Positions 55,950 to 64,000 of a stretch of 64,000 nucleotides of DNA are shown here, piece by piece. The stretch covers positions 744,001-808,000 of the forward strand of contig MU004190.1 of assembly GCA_010093605.1 (NCBI GenBank), written 5' to 3'. The notes beneath the pieces are model-generated. The model made no database searches. It saw nothing but the letters and a program-made list of their open reading frames with translations, and was not told the DNA's origin. The stretch comes from Lophium mytilinum (Eukaryota). Position 1 is the stretch's first letter; each line of letters opens with the position of its first letter. A program made the translations under genes and the position numbers.

Positions 55950-58900
55950 TAAATTAGGCCTTAAAATTCTCTAGTAGAATATATAGTATATATATATAAA
56001 TACCTAGTCCCTCTTTATAGATAAGAATATTACTAAATTTAATATTATAGTAATCTAGAACCTGTAGCTTAATATATACTAGAAGGATATTATTATAATA
56101 AGCTAATATAGTAAATTCTAGTGCCTACTTATAGGTAACCTCTTAACTTAAACGGCTCTCTATATTAATAAGAGAATCTATAGCAACGCGTAGTAAATAG
56201 ACTACGTTAGTAACTTTAGAAATACAATTAAAATTATACTTAAGAATAACTAGAAGGTGCTCTTCTCTAATATCTATTAAATACTAGGTAATATAAACTA
56301 AATAAAGGTTATTATAGAACTAGATAGGGCTATAGAAGTATATAACTATATAAACCCGCGGGTAGAATATATTATAGTAGGCAACTTTAATGCGTACTAC
56401 TAAGTATAGAACTTATACTAACCTATAGATATAAGAGAATAGGTAGTAGCTAGACTAATTAGAGAATATAGTCTATAGTAGTATATAGAAAGAGACATGC
56501 CTATCTACCTACTAGATAATAGTAAAAACCGGCCTTTAATAATTAATCTTATATTAATCTTAATAATACTAGAAGAATATATATAGTACTGCGCGCTAGC
56601 TATAGACTTTAACTATAGATTAGACTATATTCTAATAGGTATCTAGCTTAGCGTACTACTACTAGCCTAAATAGTAGTAGAAGAGCGCCTAAAATAGAAG
56701 GAAATAGATAAAGAAAAGCTGCGTAAGGTGCTAAATTACCTGCTGCTAGATATTAAGCTAGTAGAGGTTAATATAGTAGAAGCGCTAGAGCGCTTTATTA
56801 ATATTCTAGTTAACGCAGTTAAAGAGGTAGCCTATAAGGCAACGCTAATATATAAGATATACCTACTATACTTAAGAAAGGGCTTTATAGAGGACCTAAA
56901 AGAAGAATAAGTTAAACTCTAAGCTATAAGGTGGATAATAAAATAGAACTAATTAGAATATATAGTTAACCTCTACCGCTAGTAGAAGAAGAAATAGTAG
57001 AAGCATATATAAAACTAGAAAAGAGACTACTTCTATAAAGATATAATAGAAGTAAAAGATATAGCTAAGCTATAGTAGCTAGTAAAATAGAAGAAAGGCT
57101 AGGCTAAGTAGAAGAGGTAGAAACTAAAAATACCTACCTTTAAAGTTCTAGTACTAAGGGATAAAATACCTATAGATAAAGATACTATAATAGAAGACGC
57201 TAAACTAGCACCTACTAAAATATAAGAAGTATAAAATAGTAGAGAAAAGGCTAACCTACTATAAGAAAAGTTCTTTTCTAAGCTAATAAGGGGAGCTAAC
57301 CCTAGACTATAGGGCTACCTAGAGCCTATAAAGATAGAAGTAATTACCCTCTATAAAATAGTAATAATAATAAAATAATCTATAACTAGTAGTATACTAG
57401 GCCTAGACGGCGTTATCTATAAGGTACTAAAAGCGGGTATAGATAGTAGTAATACTAGCGCCTATAACTCTAAATTAAAACTACTATACTAGCTATATAT
57501 AATATTTAACGCTAGCGTTATACTAGAATACTATCTAGTATACTTCTAGAGCTTAATAATAATTCTACTGCTAAAGCCTGGAAAGCTAAAGGACTAAGTT
57601 AACTTATACCGGCCTATTACGCTACTTAGTACTATTAGTAAGACCCTTAAAGTAGTGCTAGCTAAGCGTATATAGTACTACCTAGAGATATTAACTAGTA
57701 TACTAATTACTTACTTTAGAGAATAGAAGGGGCAGTCTTATAAGCACGCCCTATATAAACTAGTAGAGGAAGTATATACTACCTAGAATAAGAAAAAGGT
57801 AGTAATAATACTATTAATAGATATATTAGGGGCGTTTAACTATATTTATTACCCGTAATTACTATATAACCTCTTAAGAATAGGCCTTAAAGGCCCCTAG
57901 AGGAACTAGGTGCATAGTTTCCTTATAGAATAATAGACGTAGCTATAGCTACTAGATATAATAATAGAACTTAAGGATATATACGTTAGTATTCCCTAAG
58001 AATTACTACTATTGCTAGTGCTATTTATTATCTTTAATACTAAACTTATTATATTAAACTAGGATAAAGATAAGTAAGAGCGTAAGCTTATTACTATTAG
58101 ATAGATTAATAACGCTAATATAGTTGCTATAGGTAAGATAACTAAGTAGATCTATAAGATACTATAGTAGATTACGCTCTAGTACCTAGTATAGAGTAAA
58201 GTATATAGGGCTAAGTTTACTCTAGAGAAATTCTATATAATATACTGCGTCCCTCCCGGTATAAGACGCGTAGAGAATAATAGTAGTAATAGACTACTTG
58301 CCTTTAGAATAATAATAGTAAAAGTAGAAAAAACTATTAAGATCTTAGGCGTTATAATTAATTTATAACTTATATTTATATAGTATATAGTACTTATTAA
58401 GAAGAAGGCTATTAGTAAAATTAATATTTTATAGTGCCTTAGTAAGCCTATCTAGGGGGTAGATATAATTATAATACGCTATGCCTATAAGGTAATAGCG
58501 CTACCCTGCTTTATATTTAGTATATTAGTCTAGTATAAAGGTATAGACTTAGACGCTAATAAGGCTATTATAATAATAGCTAGCCTATAGAGATAGGTAG
58601 CTTTAATAATTATAGGCATGTTTAAGAATATACCTAGGGATATCTTAGGTATTATAGCGCACCTGCCGCCAGCGTAGTAGATATTATAATAAACTATAGT
58701 ATAGACTATAATTAATATAGCTATAAAGGCCTATTATAAGTACCTTATTAAATAAGTAGACCTAATAGTAAGATATAAGAGCCTACTAGCTCTCTATAAG
58801 TAGACGCTACTATAATGTTTTAAGGCTAATGCGCTAAATATATTAGTAGTGCAGGCGTTTATTAACGCCCTATAGGCGCTCTTTCTAATAATATTTATTA

Positions 58901-59950
58901 CTAATATAGTAGAAGAAGCTATTGCGGCGCATAATAAGAACTATAATAGCTTTTCTAGCTATTAGTATACTAATAGATCTAGGTAGAAAGAAAAGACTAG
59001 GTTAGCTATAATTAATATTAAATAAGTATAGAGATATATATTCTATCTAGGCCTAATAGATAAGTACTCTATCTATAAAGCGGAAGCCTAGGGCATAGTA
59101 ATAGCCCTAGACTATATTATCTAAGCCTAGGCTAGTAGTAACTAGGGGCACTCTTCTATAATATATATAGATAATAAGGGCGTTATATAGGCCCTATTAG
59201 ATACTATAGTAAAGAAGAAATAACTATTTCTAGCCTAAATTTATAAGCTCTACTAATAGGTTATAGGCTTAGTTTAAATCTACTAGATACCGGGCTATAA
59301 AGGTATATATAGTAATAAATGCGCTAATAATACGGCTAAATAAGCTATAGGCTAGGTGCTAGATAAGAATAAAGAAACGCCTATCTATACTAAAAAGACA
59401 CTAGGAATTAAGCTATTAAAGAATTACCCTTAGCGCCTAATATATAAATTTACGCTAAAAAGATAGATAAATCTATAGAATAATACTTACTAAGGCCGCC
59501 TATATAAGAAAATTATACTAGTCCTAAGTAAGTATAACTTAGACTAGCTAAAGGGCGTCTTCTAACTACTCTAAGTAATAATAGAATAACTATTAATAGG
59601 TATCTATAGGCTAGTAGACTACCTAATATTAATCTAGGCCGCCTCTATAGATACTACTAAATGCCGCCTATACTAATTAGATAAATACTAAATACCTACT
59701 TATATTCTATATAAGTGCACTAAGCTAATAACTAAATAGAAGGCAATATAGGTAAGTATTAGAAAAAAGATTCTATAGTTATATATTCTCTTAAGTAAAC
59801 CTAGCGCAGCTAAGTATATAGTATTACTAGTAATTAAGTCTAAAGTACTAAATTAATTCTAGTATATTAATGTAGACGCTAAGAACGCTATACTCTATCT
59901 ATAACCTAATATTTTTAAAGAGTAGGTATACTACCTACTATTAGTCTAAA
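55950..59950 (+). pseudogene. LINE ORF2 (AP endonuclease - RT - RNase H - CCHC), RIP-inactivated; ends approximate
   Basis: IIVI(Q)EP at about 56040, G(D)FNA(H)(H) at about 56380, YRPITLL at about 57607, (G)IP(Q)..(S)(P)L at about 57988, (W)I(D)(D) at about 58102, YT(D)(G)S at about 58966, (W)IPG(H)KG at about 59284. Confidence 0.88.
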
Positions 59951-60397
59951 GAATAGGTAGAGGCGGCTAAACTAGATAACTAAAACTTAAATACTATAAG
60001 CCGGGGATCCCTAACTAGAAATAGAATACTATACTTAGGAAGGGCCTACCGGGGGTAAGTTACTAATAATCTAATATACTTATAAGGGCCTAGCCCAGCT
60101 CTATACTAGGTTAAAAGAAACTAAGAACCTACCGCACTTAAGAATAATAATAAGGGAAAGAGAGAACTAAGAGAAAAGGCTAGTTATAGAGGTAGAAAGT
60201 ATAAGTTAGTATATATTCTAGCCTAAACTACTTATAAGCGGTAGGTTAGTTATACCTAATATACTATTAGTTAATAGTTAGTTAGTTAGTTAGTAGTTAT
60301 ACTAGTATATAGTTATATTTATATATAGTTATAGTAATATATAAAAGTGTAAAATAAGATAGCTAGAGGGGCCTATATTAAAGAAATAGTAAACTAT

Positions 60398-61440
60398 CTA
60401 CCTAGAAGATTTTCTCTTTCTCTTTCCGCTACGCTTAGGCTTTACTATCTTCCGCAGCGGAACCTAGGTGCCCTTTAGACGCCTATTAGATTAACTATAC
60501 TACTAGCGATAGCTAATATTATTTAAGAAAAGTACGCCTAAATGCTTTTTATTTACCTAACTATATATTATATAGTAGGAAAAATAGTCTAATAAGTTCT
60601 ATATACTAAACTTAATAGTAATAGTATTATATATAATATATAACCCGCGGAAGAAAATAGTATTACTATAGCGTATCTCTATACAGGCCTTTAGGGGCTA
60701 GAGTAGTAAATCTACCCTCTTATACTACCTAAAGGGTACTATAGTATTAAACCCCTTAGGCTTATTATACTTATTATAATAGGTAGACCTACTAGTAAAT
60801 ATATTATCTTATTCTTAATTAATTATACAGCCTATCTAGAGACTACTTAGTGCACGCGCGCTAACTAGTAGCTTTCTTAGCGTACCTTAAAATTTTCCGG
60901 CTATAGACGGGTCTATAAGGCGCAACTTCTTGCCTAGAAAGTTAAAAAGGGCCTAATTTATAGCTAGAAAGGCGTCCGCCGCCGCCTTCTTATTCTTATA
61001 CTTACTAGAATAGTAGGGTACCTTAGCGTAATAATACTAGAGCATATAATAGCATATAGTAAACTTACTATAAATATAATAGCCGGTCTTCTTAATAGGT
61101 AGAAGAGTAGTAGAGCTCTTCTCTAGGACTAATACTAGTCTAAGTAGAATTTAAAATTAATAGGCTAAAATAATACTACGCGAGTTATATAACTTTAGGT
61201 GCTACTTAGTACTCTTAAAGCGGTAAAAATATTAATACTTTTAGCTACTCTCTATAGGCTGCTAATATATTACTTTTAATATAGAATATAATACTTAATA
61301 GTAGTAGATAGCTATACTAACTACTAGCTAATACTAAATAAGCCGCTTAATACGGGCTTAAGTCTACCCGGGACTTATAGCTAATACATAATTAATAAAA
61401 CTTCTATACGCCTAATTACGGCGTAACCTACTAGTAATTA
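60398..61440 (-). pseudogene. TET/JBP-like 2OG-Fe(II) dioxygenase, RIP-inactivated, antisense inside the LINE; 5' end not resolved
   Basis: One continuous frame whose stops are all TAA/TAG and so RIP-derivable. Unmutated residues: ADAFLA, ALF.FLGKKLRL.DP, PKGFN..VPF, DLLL.PLK, IFFRG. De-RIP HxD at 60773-60781, distal H at 60629-60631, RNS at 60593-60601. Confidence 0.75.
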
Positions 61441-62779
61441 GTAGGTAATATAGTAGAATAATATATCTATATATAGCAAGACCTCTTCTTTAACTAGCTC
61501 TATATTGCCTATAGATATAATAATAGAACTAGCTAAATTAGGTTCTATTTTAGTCTTCTAGATAAATAGTTAGTAGATATTTAATATATTAGCTAAGATA
61601 ACGCTTAGCTAATAGAGAAACTAGCCCCCCTTTAGCGCTAGGCGTAAGGCCTAAAACGCAATACTTAGTATATATTAAGAAGTCTTAGCATTTTAAGACG
61701 CCCCTATAAGGGCCGCCGCTATACTATATAGTAGTAAAGTGTACTAGTAGATATACTTCTTCTCTTACTAGAGACTAAGTCTTAGACTAATAGAGATAGA
61801 AGAATAAAACCCTCCCCTTTAGCTAAAAGCGTAAAGCTTTTTAGAAGAATTTTTCTATTATTACGAGCAACCCTCTATTTAGATAGGCCTATAGTTAGAG
61901 AAAGCCCCGGGCATAAGAGCACCCGGGTAATAGTTCTAGTTTAATTTATAAAGATTTAAGAAGATAAGTAGCTAGAGCTATACCCCTCTATTTAAGGCCT
62001 AGTAGCTAGAGCCGCTAGATATATAATTTAAGGTCTAATAGCTAAAGCTACTATATATATAAGAAAAAGCCCCTAAATTTCTCTATAGCCTTATAAGCCC
62101 TGCTAGAGAGATAGGAAACTACTATATAGTACTTAGAGATAGCTATATCTATTATAATATATTAGAGGGTAATACCTGCTTTATAAAGGTTCTTTTTTTA
62201 CTATACCTAAAAGTAATCTTACTAAGGTTATAATAACTAAGAGATTATTATCTACTTATATAAAAGCGCTAGCTTAAAGAACCTAATAGATTACGCCTAA
62301 CTATAAAGCCTAGTAACCCTAAGCTAATATATATTATTAAATTTACCCTCTAGTAGAATAACCCCTTTAAGGTAATCTAGCGCCTATATAGCGGCTTTTA
62401 ACCGCTGCATTTCTATCTCTAGATAGTAACCTAGCGCCTATAGATAGACTAACTAACTAACTAACTATAGTAAGGCTGTAACTAACTAACTACTTACTAT
62501 AAAGCTACTAGTATAGGTAGAAAGGCGGTATTACTTACCTAAATTATAGTAATAGAGGACTTACTATATACTTATAATTATAAGAGAGGATAGGCTAGGC
62601 GGGCTATATACTAGGTAGAACTATAGCCCCTAGTAGGTGTAGACGGCGGCGGATTTTATATATTATTATAGTTTCTCTCTTTTACCTAGGCCCCTATAGG
62701 TAACCTACGGGCATTTGCACTACCTCTAGCCTCTACCACTAGCTTGCTTAAGGCCGGCGGCGCGCTGCGCAGGCTCTAC

Positions 62780-62980
62780 TTGCCCTAAGTTGCTACGGGG
62801 CCGCTGGGCCCTTATGTATATACTTAGGTGGAACCTACTCCTTAGGGCCTTGGAACCCCGGGGCAGCGGCGCAAGGGCAGGAATTTAGGCACTGGACCGC
62901 CCAAAGATTTGGGCGCTCACGTGCCTAAATACCCCACCCCCGCCGGCTGAAAGGCCACGCGGTATGCGCCTTCGGCGCGT
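62780..62980 (+). other. Structured 3' UTR of the LINE (stacked hairpins)
   Basis: ATTTAGGCAC (62883-62892) pairs with GTGCCTAAAT (62921-62930) around inner CGCCCAAA/TTTGGGCG. Also a GGCT-GAAA-GGCC hairpin, an ATGCGCC/GGCGCGT hairpin and an imperfect nested stem at 62780-62880. Confidence 0.7.
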
Positions 62981-63077
62981 TTCATCCGCAATATGAATGA
63001 ACCAACCAACCAACCAGCTGCACGATAATAATCGGTTTCCCTAGCTCTGACTTTAACACTTCCACTACCATCCAGGA

Positions 63078-64000
63078 ATGCCGTCCCTCGAATATCCACG
63101 CTTCCTTAACGTCCTCGTCGCCGCCACCTCGCCCACCACCCACAACTTTGCCCAGGACGTCTTCAAACGCACCTCCTCCCTTGATCATGTCCGGTCCCGC
63201 ACCATTGTCTGTCTCGACCAGAAGTCCTACCCCACGAACCCCTTCCTAGCCGCCGACTACTACCACGATGGCCTCACCCAGGCCTCTGAAGACATTGCCC
63301 GAGGGCACCAGAAGGCCGCCGAGCTGTGTGCATGGGCTGATCTGCTCATTCTTGCCCCGATGACAGCAGACGATCTCGCACGAATGCTCCACGGCCTGAC
63401 CAACAACCTGCACTTGGGCATTTTAAGGAGCTGGGATGTGTCGAAGAAGATACTGCTCATTCCGGCCATGTCCACCCTCATGTGGGAGAATCCCATGACC
63501 AAGAAGCAGCTCAGCAAAATCCGGAGAAAGTGGAACTGGATACGCGTGTTGCAGCCGCTACTGTGGACTTTTGAGTCGAAAGTTCGCAAAGACCTTCCGT
63601 GGGATGGCGTTGATGGCTTGATTGAGTCCGTCCAAACTCAGGTCGATTTGATGACTGTGGGCAGAGACGTCGAACATGTGGCAATGCCGCTCACGCAGGC
63701 CTTTAAACCAAACGCAAAGCCCGGCCCAGTCCTCCCGCCGGAACTATGGTCTATCATTCTGGATTACACCGGTGACTGGGAGTTAGCAACGGCACTAAAC
63801 ATTCACACAAAAGTATCAACCCCATCGGAGTGGAGGCAAGCGAGTAGCGAAGCCGGACCACAAACCCCCATGGAGAAACTTGAATGGATTCTCCTCATTG
63901 GTACCCTTAGTGAAGTCAAGGCCCTGCTTGCAGCAGACAAGCCGCGACGTCTCTCCCGTCTGTGTATCAAGATCATGATGCGATTTGCTAAAGTCAACCT
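63078..64000 (+). CDS. Hal3/PPC-decarboxylase-like flavoprotein-domain protein, truncated by the window end
   Basis: Open frame to the window end with WADLLILAPMTADDLARMLHG, LRSWD and PAMSTLMWENPMT (HFCD flavoprotein motifs), followed by an F-box-like LPPELWSIILDY. Confidence 0.85.
   Translation, partial: MPSLEYPRFLNVLVAATSPTTHNFAQDVFKRTSSLDHVRSRTIVCLDQKSYPTNPFLAADYYHDGLTQASEDIARGHQKAAELCAWADLLILAPMTADDLARMLHGLTNNLHLGILRSWDVSKKILLIPAMSTLMWENPMTKKQLSKIRRKWNWIRVLQPLLWTFESKVRKDLPWDGVDGLIESVQTQVDLMTVGRDVEHVAMPLTQAFKPNAKPGPVLPPELWSIILDYTGDWELATALNIHTKVSTPSEWRQASSEAGPQTPMEKLEWILLIGTLSEVKALLAADKPRRLSRLCIKIMMRFAKVN

Larger units (their letters stand above)
53523..63016 (+). mobile_element. Full-length LINE (Tad1-like non-LTR retrotransposon), RIP-mutated, 9.5 kb, with internal cargo region
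   Basis: Exact 13-bp TSD GCTGCACGATAAT at 53510-53522 and 63017-63029, (ACCA)4 3' tail, ORF1 and ORF2 motifs, TpA-rich across the interior. Confidence 0.92.

Noticed and set aside
56728..56910. 60-aa ORF in the AT-rich block
   Set aside because: A stop-free remnant of LINE ORF2, not a separate gene.
60270..62470. (TAGT)n at about 60276-60294 and (ACTA)n at about 62448-62468 as terminal inverted repeats of a nested DNA transposon
   Set aside because: Similarity does not extend beyond the 4-nt microsatellite, which RIP readily generates from (TGGT)n/(ACCA)n. No TSD or transposase motif was seen. Not fully excluded.

Overview
Filamentous ascomycete (Pezizomycotina-type) genomic DNA with intron-containing genes and two AT-rich blocks mutated by RIP (repeat-induced point mutation). 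Genes, left to right: GT34 glycosyltransferase; uncharacterised membrane protein; a likely organosulfur/xenobiotic catabolic cluster (two DszA/NtaA-type luciferase-like monooxygenases, two MFS transporters, a Baeyer-Villiger monooxygenase, an SDR); PAP2 phosphatase; Mediator MED7; a small secreted Ala/Gln/Gly-rich protein; a group A FAD monooxygenase; STE20/PAK kinase; a phytochrome; and the start of a Hal3/PPCDC-like flavoprotein gene. Block 1 (12107-21836) is a full-length Ty3/Gypsy LTR retrotransposon inserted into an exon of one MFS gene. Block 2 (53523-63016) is a 9.5-kb LINE bounded by an exact 13-bp target-site duplication. Between ORF2 and its 3' tail it contains an antisense, RIP-destroyed gene whose manual de-RIP translation matches a TET/JBP-type 2OG-Fe(II) dioxygenase. 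This is the top finding. All de-RIP readings are by-eye reconstructions and exon boundaries were not checked against transcripts.
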